Part shown: piece after piece, positions 1-8,843 of the stretch
How positions within the stretch are numbered: the stretch's first letter is position 1
How the letters are laid out: every line of letters starts with the position of its first letter
From: Bdellovibrionia bacterium
Lineage (GTDB): Bacteria; Bdellovibrionota; UBA1018
Length of the DNA: 18,969 nt
Direction of reading: 5' to 3'
NCBI GenBank assembly: GCA_045805065.1
Contig: JBJMMA010000003.1
Span: 1 to 18,969 of the forward strand
The notes under the pieces: model-generated
The model's database searches: none
Told to the model about the DNA's origin: nothing
What the model saw: only the letters and a program-made list of their open reading frames with translations
Translations under genes and position numbers: made by a program

Positions 1-723
1 CAACTTCGAGGTCCGATTCAGAGCGACTTCGCCGTTTCTATTTTCCCATCGTGTCTGAAAGTCCGATCCGATTACTTGCTCCATGGGAACGCCGTAGGTT
101 TCCCGCGAAATGGCTCGAACAAACTCAGTGTCGCCTCCGGTCACAATGTAAGTCTTAAAGCCTTTGTCCCGAAGATATGCGAGCAACTCAAGCATGGGAG
201 CGTAAGCTCTCTCAGTGTAGGGCCTCTGTGTTTCTGTATCTTTCGAAGACTGAAACCACCGCAGGACTTCATTCTTATAAGACTGCATAGGCATTCCTGA
301 ATGAGTCTCGGCAAGCAGCGTGAGGGCTTGTTGGAACTTCTCCTTCTCTGGGAGTTGAGCAAAATATGCCAGGTTGCCTTCAAGCACCGCTTTGAAAGGT
401 TGCTTCGACTTCCACTCCGGATGACTGGGGGCCATTCTCCTGACTTGATCGCGCGTAAAATAGAACTCAACAGGAAGGGGCTTTTCGTCCCAGAGTGTCC
501 CGTCATTGTCAAAAACCGCGACTCGATCCGGGGGCGGCACGTAATTCGGAGTGCCTTCTTGAGTCACGTTTTCCACAAATCGAACGATCCGGTCCCGAGT
601 TGAGCCAGAGACCCAGGACGACAACTCTGCGCCCAGCGCCGCCTGGCTAAAGACAGCGCACGCAGCGACGATAGTCAGGAGTCGCCGCGTGCGCCGAACA
701 TGCACTAAGATAGCTTGGTTCAT
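1..723 (-). CDS. HAD-family hydrolase / secreted nonspecific acid phosphatase-like protein (partial, runs off left edge)
   Basis: Not in the ORF track because it has no stop in the window. Manual translation from ATG 723 is open to base 1: MNQAILVHVRRTRRLLTIVAACAVFSQAALGAELSSW...DRVAVFDNDGTLWDEKP...YAPMLELLAYLRDKGFKTYIVTGG. It has HAD motif I (FDNDGTLW), motif II (IVTGG) and a signal-peptide-like N-terminus, and starts 15 bp downstream of the sulfatase. Confidence 0.88.
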   Translation of the reverse strand, partial: MNQAILVHVRRTRRLLTIVAACAVFSQAALGAELSSWVSGSTRDRIVRFVENVTQEGTPNYVPPPDRVAVFDNDGTLWDEKPLPVEFYFTRDQVRRMAPSHPEWKSKQPFKAVLEGNLAYFAQLPEKEKFQQALTLLAETHSGMPMQSYKNEVLRWFQSSKDTETQRPYTERAYAPMLELLAYLRDKGFKTYIVTGGDTEFVRAISRETYGVPMEQVIGSDFQTRWENRNGEVALNRTSKL

Positions 724-738
724 AGGTGCAAGAGCTGA

Positions 739-2262
739 CTATGCCGCGTGAGCATTCGCCGCTTTTTTCAGCTGATCCACGATGGCGTCCATATTGAACG
801 ATGCAGACTTCTGGAATGGAGGAAACTCGATAAAGCTCTTTCCTGCCGTTTCGACTACCTGCTGTACAAACACAAAGCGCCAGAACTCAAAAACAAACCA
901 GTTGTAATACGACATAGAACCCACAAGCCCCGTACGCTCCAACGGGTCAAGTCGGAGATGAGTCAGAATCGGCATGTCGGGCTTCACCGTTCCTCCAAGC
1001 CAGCCGCCAGGCTGATCGATGAAGCGGTACTTGAAGTCATCCACCCGTACAGCGCCAAGCGTAGACTCGGCAAAGTAAAAGATCTCTCGTCGGCGAGAAG
1101 GTCCCTTTCCCGTGATGAGGTCGGTCTGATCATAGCCGTCGAGGTGGACCTTGTAGGTCATTTCGCCAAGCTGCTTGCCCTTCTTCAACTCCTCCGCAAT
1201 ATTCGGGTCACCCGCAATCGACACGAAAGTCGGGAACCAATCGAGACCAGATATGATCTGATTTTCGACTACTCCAGCAGGCACCTTGCCCGGCCACCGG
1301 ATCATGCAAGGAACACGAAATCCGCCCTCCAGCACTGTCCCCTTTCCGCCCGCAAACGGAGTTTGTCCGCCATCAGGCCAGGTGAAGTTTTCGGCACCAT
1401 TATCCGTGGTGAAAACCACGATCGTATTGTCATCCAGACCGTCATCTTTGAGCTTTTTCATGAGGGTGCCCACGATGTCATCCAGCTGCGCCATCCCGGC
1501 TTCATAAACGCTCCAGCCGTTCTGCGCATTTCGCATCTTCTGGTATTTCTCAGAAAGATGAGTGACAACGTGCATTCGAGTCGGATTGAGATAAGCAAAG
1601 AACGGTTGATTTGCTTTCCTTGCTCGATCGATGAAGTCCATCGTGTGGCCGAGAATTTCGTCGTCCACAGTAGTCATTCTATCAGGGTAAAGCGGGCCGG
1701 CGTCCTTGATCTTTTGCTTTCCCACCCGTCCCCACCGCAGATCCTCAGTCGGGTCATCTTCATCGCTTGCCACACAATGAAGCATGTTTCTTGGTCCCAC
1801 TTTATTCTTCAGCTCTTGAGGATAGTTTGGATGCGCAGGATCTTCCATTGCATCGAGATGATAAAGATATCCAAAAAACTCATCAAATCCATGAACCGTT
1901 GGTAGGTATTCATTGCGATCGCCGAGGTGGTTTTTCCCAAACTGCCCTGTTGCGTATCCCATAGCTTTTAATGCAGTAGCAATTGTCGGCACCTCCGCCG
2001 GGAGCCCGACCTTGGCTCCTGCCTGTCCTACGGTAGTGAGTCCAGTTCGGATCGGAAGTTGACCCGTGACAAAATTAGCTCGACCCGCCGTGCAGCTTGC
2101 CTCGGCATAATAGTCAGTAAACATCATTCCCTCCGCCGCAAGACGGTCGAGATTTGGGGTTCGTCCTGCCATCATGCCGCGGTGATAGGCCCCAATATTC
2201 AACCAGCCGATATCATCGCCCATGATGAAAACTATGTTGGGCTGTTTTCCCTTTGCGGTCAT
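739..2262 (-). CDS. Arylsulfatase (formylglycine-dependent sulfatase family)
   Basis: PNIVFIMGDDIG metal-binding start, SCTAGRANFVTG formylglycine motif (CxAxR), GYATGQFGKNHLG, HGFDEFFG, TTDNG and GGKG..EGGFRVP. RBS-like GAAGGG upstream. No signal peptide. Confidence 0.95.
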   Translation of the reverse strand: MTAKGKQPNIVFIMGDDIGWLNIGAYHRGMMAGRTPNLDRLAAEGMMFTDYYAEASCTAGRANFVTGQLPIRTGLTTVGQAGAKVGLPAEVPTIATALKAMGYATGQFGKNHLGDRNEYLPTVHGFDEFFGYLYHLDAMEDPAHPNYPQELKNKVGPRNMLHCVASDEDDPTEDLRWGRVGKQKIKDAGPLYPDRMTTVDDEILGHTMDFIDRARKANQPFFAYLNPTRMHVVTHLSEKYQKMRNAQNGWSVYEAGMAQLDDIVGTLMKKLKDDGLDDNTIVVFTTDNGAENFTWPDGGQTPFAGGKGTVLEGGFRVPCMIRWPGKVPAGVVENQIISGLDWFPTFVSIAGDPNIAEELKKGKQLGEMTYKVHLDGYDQTDLITGKGPSRRREIFYFAESTLGAVRVDDFKYRFIDQPGGWLGGTVKPDMPILTHLRLDPLERTGLVGSMSYYNWFVFEFWRFVFVQQVVETAGKSFIEFPPFQKSASFNMDAIVDQLKKAANAHAA

Positions 2263-2277
2263 AAAACTTTCCCTTCT

Positions 2278-3180
2278 TTATGCACTTCGTTTGTGTATTT
2301 CTGTAACGTTCTCACCCATTAAATGCTTTTTTCGCGACCTCAGGGCGAGGACCCGGGTCAGCTCGGCGCCCACCAGAAAGATCTGTGCGTAAAAATAGAA
2401 CAGAAGCAGGAATGCGAAAATATCGCCCACGACACCGGAGAGCGAAGCAAGATCCTTTGACATCAGATAGTGATTGCCAAAGTACCTGCCTACCCCGATA
2501 AAAAGGCTTGTCAGAAAGGCGCCAGGCAGGATCTCTTTCCATCTCACCTGAGCTGGAATCAGCAGCTTATAAATGACAGCGCAGCACAACCCCCAATAAA
2601 CCACCGTGCCTACAAGCTCCAGTGCCTCCATGCGAAATGGCAATGCCGTGCTGATCTGACTATATCCCAGCAGCGCTCGCAAAAAGATCCGGATCTGAAC
2701 CCCTAAGGCAACCATGATGCCAAGAGTGAGTGGAATCAAAACGGCCATGAACTGCTCACGCGCGAGCTCAGCAGGGCTTACTTCAGCAACCTTCTTTCCC
2801 CAGATCAATCGGATCGATGTTCGCAGCTGTGAGGCAAATCCGCCCACCCCTAGAGCCATCAGAATGACCCCGGAAATGGTGATTGCCATTTTATTAGGGT
2901 TGAATGCGGTGACATCTGTAACGAGGTAGCGAATAAGGACTGCCTCGCGAGGATTCAACCAGTGGCTGAGAAAAGGAATCACTTGTGTCATCAGCGTTTC
3001 CCTGCCCCGCATCTCGTCGACCAGCATGAACGCAAGGACAAAGAACGACGGGACGGCAAGCAGCGCGAAGAAAGCGAGTGCGGCACCCAAGCCATTGCAA
3101 CGGTCGCCTTTCCAACCTTTGAAAGTCTCCCAGATAATCTCGAGAGTAGCTTTTAAGCGTAGACCGTGAACGTTCCTCAT
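2278..3180 (-). CDS. YihY/virulence factor BrkB family membrane protein
   Basis: W..DRCNGLGAALAFFALL, multiple TM segments, WKEILPGA and YFYAQIFLVGAELT. Start moved to ATG 3180 (GGGAG RBS upstream); the longer track ORF overlaps the divergent gene. Confidence 0.88.
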   Translation of the reverse strand: MRNVHGLRLKATLEIIWETFKGWKGDRCNGLGAALAFFALLAVPSFFVLAFMLVDEMRGRETLMTQVIPFLSHWLNPREAVLIRYLVTDVTAFNPNKMAITISGVILMALGVGGFASQLRTSIRLIWGKKVAEVSPAELAREQFMAVLIPLTLGIMVALGVQIRIFLRALLGYSQISTALPFRMEALELVGTVVYWGLCCAVIYKLLIPAQVRWKEILPGAFLTSLFIGVGRYFGNHYLMSKDLASLSGVVGDIFAFLLLFYFYAQIFLVGAELTRVLALRSRKKHLMGENVTEIHKRSA

Positions 3181-3318
3181 CTGTCTCCCGAAAGCTGTGC
3201 GCATCTTATAGATATCGCCTGGGTGTATTTCGACTGAGTATTTCGACCGGATCACTACAAGTAGCGTTCCTGACTTGCGGCTATTACCTGCCCGCCACGA
3301 ATAGCTTATTGTTTCCAG

Positions 3319-3334
3319 TGGACTCTCAGTTGCA
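3319..3334 (+). promoter_or_regulatory. Sigma54-type -24/-12 promoter for the DUF4136 lipoprotein
   Basis: TGGACTCTCAGTTGCA matches TGG-N8-TTGC-A, 40 bp upstream of ATG 3375. Confidence 0.55.
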
Positions 3335-3374
3335 AACACCTCATCACTCGAACCGGCCTCCACAGGAGACACTG

Positions 3375-3980
3375 ATGAATCGCATGCAATGCATTGCTCG
3401 GAACTGGATGACTGCAGGAACGCTGATCTGGGTTGCCGCATGCTCGACTTCTCAGAACCACGTCGACCGCGCCGCAAATGTGGACGCTCGAGCTTATAAA
3501 ACCTACAGGTGGGTATCTCAGGATGATGCACAATACCTGAGCCTCAGCAATCCGAACACAAATCAGCCTGTGTACAACTACGTCAAAATCACGCAGCGGC
3601 CACAAGCCGAGGAGCAGATTAAACAGGTCGTCGAGCAAGACCTCAATCAGCAAGGATATACTCAAGAGCTGTCAGGTACACCTGACTTCTTCGTAACCTA
3701 CTACGCTCCTGCCCGGGATAAGGACTGGATCAGCAGTTGGACGGGGAGCACGCTTTCGTTTCGAGGGGCACCATTGGTAATATTTCCAGGCTTCGATATG
3801 ACCAAGGCGCAACAGTTTCGTCCCGGGATGGCCTATGTCGTCATCTACGACTCAAAAACCAAACAGCCGGCATGGACTGGAACAATTATGGATGCCATTT
3901 CTCCTGAGGGCAAAGTCAATGCACCTCAGGTGACAGCCTCTGTCAATGATCTGCTTTCCCAGGTAAAAAAACCTGCTTGA
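3375..3980 (+). CDS. DUF4136 domain lipoprotein
   Basis: AGGAG RBS before ATG 3375 and lipobox VAAC. Family-typical blocks YKTYRW, L..QGY....PDFFV and VIYDSKTKQPAWTG. Confidence 0.8.
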   Translation: MNRMQCIARNWMTAGTLIWVAACSTSQNHVDRAANVDARAYKTYRWVSQDDAQYLSLSNPNTNQPVYNYVKITQRPQAEEQIKQVVEQDLNQQGYTQELSGTPDFFVTYYAPARDKDWISSWTGSTLSFRGAPLVIFPGFDMTKAQQFRPGMAYVVIYDSKTKQPAWTGTIMDAISPEGKVNAPQVTASVNDLLSQVKKPA

Positions 3981-4008
3981 TACGCCCGAGCTTCCCTCTG
4001 AGATTTTA

Positions 4009-4968
4009 CTAAGCAGCCTTTTGCTCTTTACCGTGAGACACCTGGCTCAAAGATTCTTTCTTTAAGGGCCTACGCACCAGAACCGGACATCGAGATCTGC
4101 GGATAATCGTTCGAACTTTGCTGCTCTTGATAAAAGACTGGAATATTCCACTCCGCGACTCGAGGAGAATCATGCCGGCGTGCTGCTCCTCTGCCAACCG
4201 CAAAATTTGCTCGGTGATCTCGCTGGAGATGTCCTCAAACACAACGTCAGTCGACACTCCTTTTTTAGACGCCCATTTTGACCAGGCACGCGCACGACGC
4301 ATCAGATGGGAGCATTCGGGAAGTGGCTCGCCAACCGCCGTCGAGCTATCGCTGTCTTGATCTCTTTGACGGCGCGAAAGGGCGTGAAAAATAGTCAGTT
4401 CAGAACGAAACGAGCTGGCAATCTCCACTGCATAACGAAAATCCGACTTTGAAACAGGGTCCAGATGAGTGGCATAGAGAATCCGATCACACGGACGCAC
4501 TTCGGTAACATAGGGTCCGAGCGCCAACACGGGAATCGATGATCTGAGCAGGAGTCGGTTGATGAAACTTCCTCGAAAGAACTGCGCAAGCCCCTTCCCT
4601 CCACGCGTATTGACAATAAGCAAGTCTGCACGAATACCCACTGCATAATTGAGCAGAGCGTCTGTGATATGATGGGTCTGATTCGAACTCGCCTGAATGA
4701 TCCGTGGAGGACGAAGATTTTTTAAGGAAATATCTTTAAAAAGATCGACGGTACTTTTTCGGTCACGGGAAAAATCACTTTGGTTTCGACCGCCCACCTC
4801 CTGTTTCCCTTCTGAACTTCCTGCAACGGAAACCACATAGACGGGATGAATGACCGAATGCACCACCTGAACGATATATTCGAGCATCCGAAGTGATCGC
4901 ATCAATCTTTCTGGATCATCACTTGGGTCAATCGCCCATACAATTTTAGCAAATTGTACCATAATCAT
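4009..4968 (-). CDS. Tandem-domain universal stress protein (USP)
   Basis: Two USP domains: KIVWAID...ADLLIVNTRGGKGL..FFRGS....LL..S.IPVLAL, and RILYATHL...ELTIFHA...GMILLESR...IIRRSRCPVLV. Confidence 0.9.
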   Translation of the reverse strand: MIMVQFAKIVWAIDPSDDPERLMRSLRMLEYIVQVVHSVIHPVYVVSVAGSSEGKQEVGGRNQSDFSRDRKSTVDLFKDISLKNLRPPRIIQASSNQTHHITDALLNYAVGIRADLLIVNTRGGKGLAQFFRGSFINRLLLRSSIPVLALGPYVTEVRPCDRILYATHLDPVSKSDFRYAVEIASSFRSELTIFHALSRRQRDQDSDSSTAVGEPLPECSHLMRRARAWSKWASKKGVSTDVVFEDISSEITEQILRLAEEQHAGMILLESRSGIFQSFIKSSKVRTIIRRSRCPVLVRRPLKKESLSQVSHGKEQKAA

Positions 4969-4975
4969 TCTTTTT

Positions 4976-5224
4976 CTAAGGTCGCCACTTGGTATCGAAC
5001 TGCCGACTCAACGCTCGAAACAGCCGTCCAAAGATTCCATCGGATACTTTCTCAACCGGAGCAGAGCGAACGGACTTGAGGCGAGCGCGTTCTTCTTTCT
5101 CTCGCTTCTCTTGCTCTACTTCGGCAGATTTTTCCCGCTCCTGCTTAAAGAAATACTCGTCCTCGGGCGTTGGCTCGCGTCGACTTAACTCTTGCTGCCG
5201 AATGCCTGCACTTGCTTTAGCCAT
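4976..5224 (-). CDS. Small charged hypothetical protein (EDEYF motif, coiled coil, C-terminal amphipathic helix)
   Basis: MAKASAGIRQQELSRREPTPEDEYFFKQEREK...IFGRLFRALSRQF. It ends 7 bp before the USP start. ATG 5224 was chosen to avoid overlap with the desaturase. Confidence 0.6.
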   Translation of the reverse strand: MAKASAGIRQQELSRREPTPEDEYFFKQEREKSAEVEQEKREKEERARLKSVRSAPVEKVSDGIFGRLFRALSRQFDTKWRP

Positions 5225-5271
5225 AGCTTGACATGCTGCAATCCACATACTTCCAACCTGAGTTGCACGGT

Positions 5272-5287
5272 TGGAATAATCCCTGCA
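5272..5287 (+). promoter_or_regulatory. Possible sigma54-type promoter for the desaturase
   Basis: TGGAATAATCCCTGCA has GG-N10-GC spacing with a CTGC variant. Confidence 0.35.
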
Positions 5288-5330
5288 TATGGCTTCCGCC
5301 TGAGTTTTTGACGCTTCAATACAGGTGACC

Positions 5331-6401
5331 ATGGCCAAACAGCAATCCATCCTCAATCGCGTTCTTGATCCGCCCAGATACGGCTTTGAGAGAAACGGAA
5401 ATCTGTATATTCCCTCTCACTCTGAAATCTTCCGCGAGTTTTTCCACAGGCTCAACATTTTCCACTCGCGGAAGAATTGGCTTCCTTTCTTTGGATGGCT
5501 CTCTACTCTCAGCTTTTCGCTTCCACTAGTGATCTTCTTTGCTCGCTTCTTTAGCTGGCCCATCGCACTGGCCGGCTTCATTTACAGCGCAGTGATTCTG
5601 GGAAGCCACGGTACTTTTTGGCTTCACCGCTACTCGACGCATCGGGCGTTTTGCTTTAGGAACGCGCTGGTCCGAGAGATCTGCAGAAACCTTGTGATCA
5701 AGATCATTCCCGAAGAGACTTATGTCATTTCGCATCACGTTCATCACAACATGACAGAACAACCAGGCGATCCCTATAACGCTCATGCTGGAGGGCTCTA
5801 CTGCTTTTTAGCTGACGTTAACCACCAAAGTATCCACAAAGACCTGTCGGAAAAAGACTATCAGATGCTCTGCAAGCTGATGAGTCACACCGGAGTTCGT
5901 TTAAACACCTATTCCCAATATCGAAAATGGGGTTCACTTTGCCATCCGGGCTGGACTTGTCTTCACTACGTTTTGAACTGGAGCTTCTGGTACGGCGTCT
6001 TTTTTATGATCGGTGGACACGCTTTAGCCTGCGCACTTTTTGGCGGAGCCGGGGTATGGGCGATCGGCGTCCGGACCTTCAACTATGAAGGCCATGGTCA
6101 GGGAAAGGACCGGAGGCGAGATGGAATCGATTTCAATCGCCGCGATCTATCGATCAACCAGCTTTGGCCAGGGTATGTTGCCGGTGAGTGGCACAACAAC
6201 CACCACCTGTACCCCAATGGAGCAAGAAGCGGATTTTTGCGATACCAGCTCGATCTTCCCTGGCTCTTCATCCGGATGCTGAGCACAGTGGGCGTCGTGA
6301 CCACATACAAAGATTACCGGAACGAGTTTTTCAGGGATTACTATTCTCCCTATTTAACTTCGCGCTCGTTAGAACGTCCGATCACATTGAGTGGCCCTTA
6401 A
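5331..6401 (+). CDS. Membrane fatty acid desaturase (Delta9 acyl-CoA/acyl-lipid desaturase-like)
   Basis: Three His boxes (HRYSTH, HHVHH, GEWHNNHHLYP), N.EGH and hydrophobic segments. Alternative GTG start at 5325. Confidence 0.9.
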   Translation: MAKQQSILNRVLDPPRYGFERNGNLYIPSHSEIFREFFHRLNIFHSRKNWLPFFGWLSTLSFSLPLVIFFARFFSWPIALAGFIYSAVILGSHGTFWLHRYSTHRAFCFRNALVREICRNLVIKIIPEETYVISHHVHHNMTEQPGDPYNAHAGGLYCFLADVNHQSIHKDLSEKDYQMLCKLMSHTGVRLNTYSQYRKWGSLCHPGWTCLHYVLNWSFWYGVFFMIGGHALACALFGGAGVWAIGVRTFNYEGHGQGKDRRRDGIDFNRRDLSINQLWPGYVAGEWHNNHHLYPNGARSGFLRYQLDLPWLFIRMLSTVGVVTTYKDYRNEFFRDYYSPYLTSRSLERPITLSGP

Positions 6402-8239
6402 TAGGCCATCACCTTTATGATCGTATCAGCTTTTCCTGAAGCTACGGCATCGGTAGAGAGCAACGACACTCCTGGATTTTTCTCATCATAAACATGAGGT
6501 GGAGGATCGGCGGCTTTCAGGTTCCATGTCCCGTCTTTAGGCTCAATGAGCTTGAGTCGAAGCGTCTTGCCCGACTGAGTGAGTGTCGCAATACGGCCGT
6601 GAATCTTGACTTGTGCTCGGGTAGCAAAGTTCCAATGAATGACTTTGCCTTTGCTTATTCCTGCGACAGTATCCAGAATCCGAACAGATCGTTGATTCAC
6701 GATCGAGAACTGCCGGGTCACTTTCGTTGCTTGGCCGGCAAAAACGGATGAGAGGTCAAGAGTAACTCCTGGTGAGAGGCCCTTTCCTGTGAACTCGGTG
6801 ATTTGTCCGCTACCTTGAACTTGGTGGAGCTGGCCCCCAATCGTTAACGTGTTATGGCTAAATGGGCCGATTCTAAAAACGTCCCAACGTTGGCTGTCCT
6901 GTTTGCGACTCCAGAGGTCGACGTTCTTTGATTCGAGAGAAAAATAGTTTTGCATTCCTAGGTCGATGGCCCAACGAACTCCATCTCGATCCAGAACAAA
7001 CGAACCAGCATCCATATGCGCGTGACTCAGAGATGCGGAACCGCCTTTCACGGCAAGATAAAGCGCATTTGGATTGGTCCAACTGCTTCTAAAAACTGCC
7101 AGAGGCTGTGGCCCGTCTCCTTTCCAATTTAGCGGCATCCGCGGCTTTGTGGCATGAGTAAGGCTCGGGGCCCAGATCGCTATCAAGGGAAAGAAACGAT
7201 CCAGCCACGAAGACTCATTGGCTAATGTTTCTCTAAGTAAACGGTTTTGAAAAATCAGAAGGTCAGGCCTGGAGAGCTCTCTCGCAATTTCGAACACGGC
7301 GGATTGCAGGTCAGCATCCTCATCACCGTCCGAGAAATTGAATTGTTTCAGCGCGGGTCCTGTGACTTCAGCTAAGTAATCTGCCGTTGTTCTGAAACCA
7401 GGAGAATTTCCCAATTCCCAGTCGCTTCCAAGCGCGCTTTTCAAGCTGGCATTCAACAAGACCTGGTAAGTGGTTCCGTAACCCCAGTAACCGGGTCCTT
7501 CAGGGTAAATGCCATCCGGAGCGTAGGGTTTCAGTCCATATGAAACGTTTTGCAAAACCTGGCCTAGAATCTTACCGGCTTCCGTTGGCTCCTCATCCGC
7601 AATCGCCAATGCACCCATGCCAAGGCCGCCAAAGCAAACCTGATTCCAATTCATTTCTTTATGGTACCAGCTCGTATTAGGAAGACTTGGATCGTCGCCT
7701 AACTTGAGAGCCTTTTCGATAATGGCGTTTTTTAGTATTTTCCGAGTTTCAGGAGCAAGATCTGCGTAGAGCCAATCATAGCCAAAAGACACAGCCGTGG
7801 TCATTTCCGCGACATCCAAGAAATGAGTTGGGTTCCAGTCCGGAAAGCCAGCCACAGTAATCAGTTCTTTCTCAGCGCGTGCTTTGTACTGATTTGCCAA
7901 TGTGTTTTGATCAGTGGTTTTGTAAGCAAGCGTTAGATCCAGAATTCGTCGAATCGCTTCCCGACTCACGGACAAAAGGCGCTTTCCTTCCTTTTTATAA
8001 GTGAGCGGAGGTTTGACGAGGATCGCTTGAGCTTCCTTCTCAACACGAAGAAGAATCTGATTCAGCACTGGCTCCGTTTTGCGGCGTTCTTTGAGTTGAC
8101 TCCAGGTCGCTTCATTCACTAGAAGCCGTGGGTGCACTTTTCTCAAGCCAGTCAGGATATCGTCTTTGGCGAACGCAGGCTTTGCGGCCGGAAGCAAAGT
8201 CATCCCCATCGCAAGGCCTGTCAGCAGGATCCGTTTCAT
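6398..8239 (-). CDS. Secreted heparinase II/III-family polysaccharide lyase
   Basis: Signal peptide ending PAFA, then HPRLL, WNP.HFLD.AEM, NWNQVC, YPEGPGYWGYG, HAHMDAGSFV and HNTLTI. Confidence 0.88.
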   Translation of the reverse strand: MKRILLTGLAMGMTLLPAAKPAFAKDDILTGLRKVHPRLLVNEATWSQLKERRKTEPVLNQILLRVEKEAQAILVKPPLTYKKEGKRLLSVSREAIRRILDLTLAYKTTDQNTLANQYKARAEKELITVAGFPDWNPTHFLDVAEMTTAVSFGYDWLYADLAPETRKILKNAIIEKALKLGDDPSLPNTSWYHKEMNWNQVCFGGLGMGALAIADEEPTEAGKILGQVLQNVSYGLKPYAPDGIYPEGPGYWGYGTTYQVLLNASLKSALGSDWELGNSPGFRTTADYLAEVTGPALKQFNFSDGDEDADLQSAVFEIARELSRPDLLIFQNRLLRETLANESSWLDRFFPLIAIWAPSLTHATKPRMPLNWKGDGPQPLAVFRSSWTNPNALYLAVKGGSASLSHAHMDAGSFVLDRDGVRWAIDLGMQNYFSLESKNVDLWSRKQDSQRWDVFRIGPFSHNTLTIGGQLHQVQGSGQITEFTGKGLSPGVTLDLSSVFAGQATKVTRQFSIVNQRSVRILDTVAGISKGKVIHWNFATRAQVKIHGRIATLTQSGKTLRLKLIEPKDGTWNLKAADPPPHVYDEKNPGVSLLSTDAVASGKADTIIKVMAY

Positions 8240-8340
8240 AGGGTTAAGTTGCGGAGAAAGCTCCTTACGGTCAACTAGTAATTTCTAGCCTGAGCCGCCT
8301 CGCACGTGTACACTTTTCATAAAATAGGAGAACCGCCCCC

Positions 8341-8820
8341 ATGTCTAAAATTTACGCCTGCGTTTGGTCCAACGACAAAGCCGAAGAGATGGCCAAATTC
8401 TACAAGTCGATCTTCAAAGGAACCAAGATCGGCAAGACCTCTTACTGGGGCAGTAACCCGATGGGTGTCAAAGAGGGCTCCGTCCTGACCATGCACCTGA
8501 CCCTCCTGGGCCAAAAAATCATGCTCCTGAATGGTTTCACCAAGATGACCTTCAACGAGTCCATTTCGTTCGTCGTGCCCTGCAAGACCCAGCGTGAGAT
8601 CGACACCTATTGGAAGAAGCTGATCAAAGGTGGGGGTAAGCCTGTGCAATGCGGATGGCTGATCGACAAGTACGGTGTTCGCTGGCAGATCACGCCAGCT
8701 GAGTTTGACAAATGGAACACCACCAAGAACAAGAAGAAGAAGGAAGCCGTCATGCACGCGATGTGGCAGATGGTCAAACTGGACCGCAAAAAACTGCAAG
8801 AAGCCTTCGATCGCGCTTAA
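8341..8820 (+). CDS. VOC/PhnB-like (3-demethylubiquinone-9 3-methyltransferase family) protein
   Basis: AEE.AKFY.SIF, FNESISFVV.C.TQ.EID.YW, QCGWLIDKYGVRWQI and AMWQMVKLD. AGGAG RBS. Confidence 0.92.
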   Translation: MSKIYACVWSNDKAEEMAKFYKSIFKGTKIGKTSYWGSNPMGVKEGSVLTMHLTLLGQKIMLLNGFTKMTFNESISFVVPCKTQREIDTYWKKLIKGGGKPVQCGWLIDKYGVRWQITPAEFDKWNTTKNKKKKEAVMHAMWQMVKLDRKKLQEAFDRA

Positions 8821-8843
8821 TCTGATCGCGCAGAAAAAACATT

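Noticed and set aside
76..603. Track ORFs 76-300, 141-512 and 301-603
   Set aside because: They overlap the real HAD gene (723 to 1) in other frames or on the opposite strand.
748..1905. 385-aa plus-strand ORF
   Set aside because: Antisense shadow of the arylsulfatase with no recognisable motifs.
3181..3531. N-terminal extension of the YihY ORF
   Set aside because: It overlaps the divergent DUF4136 gene and promoter; the RBS supports ATG 3180.
8250..8265. GG-N10-GC spacing upstream of the heparinase (AGGAGCTTTCTCCGCA)
   Set aside because: It lacks both the TGGC and TTGC context and is too weak to call.
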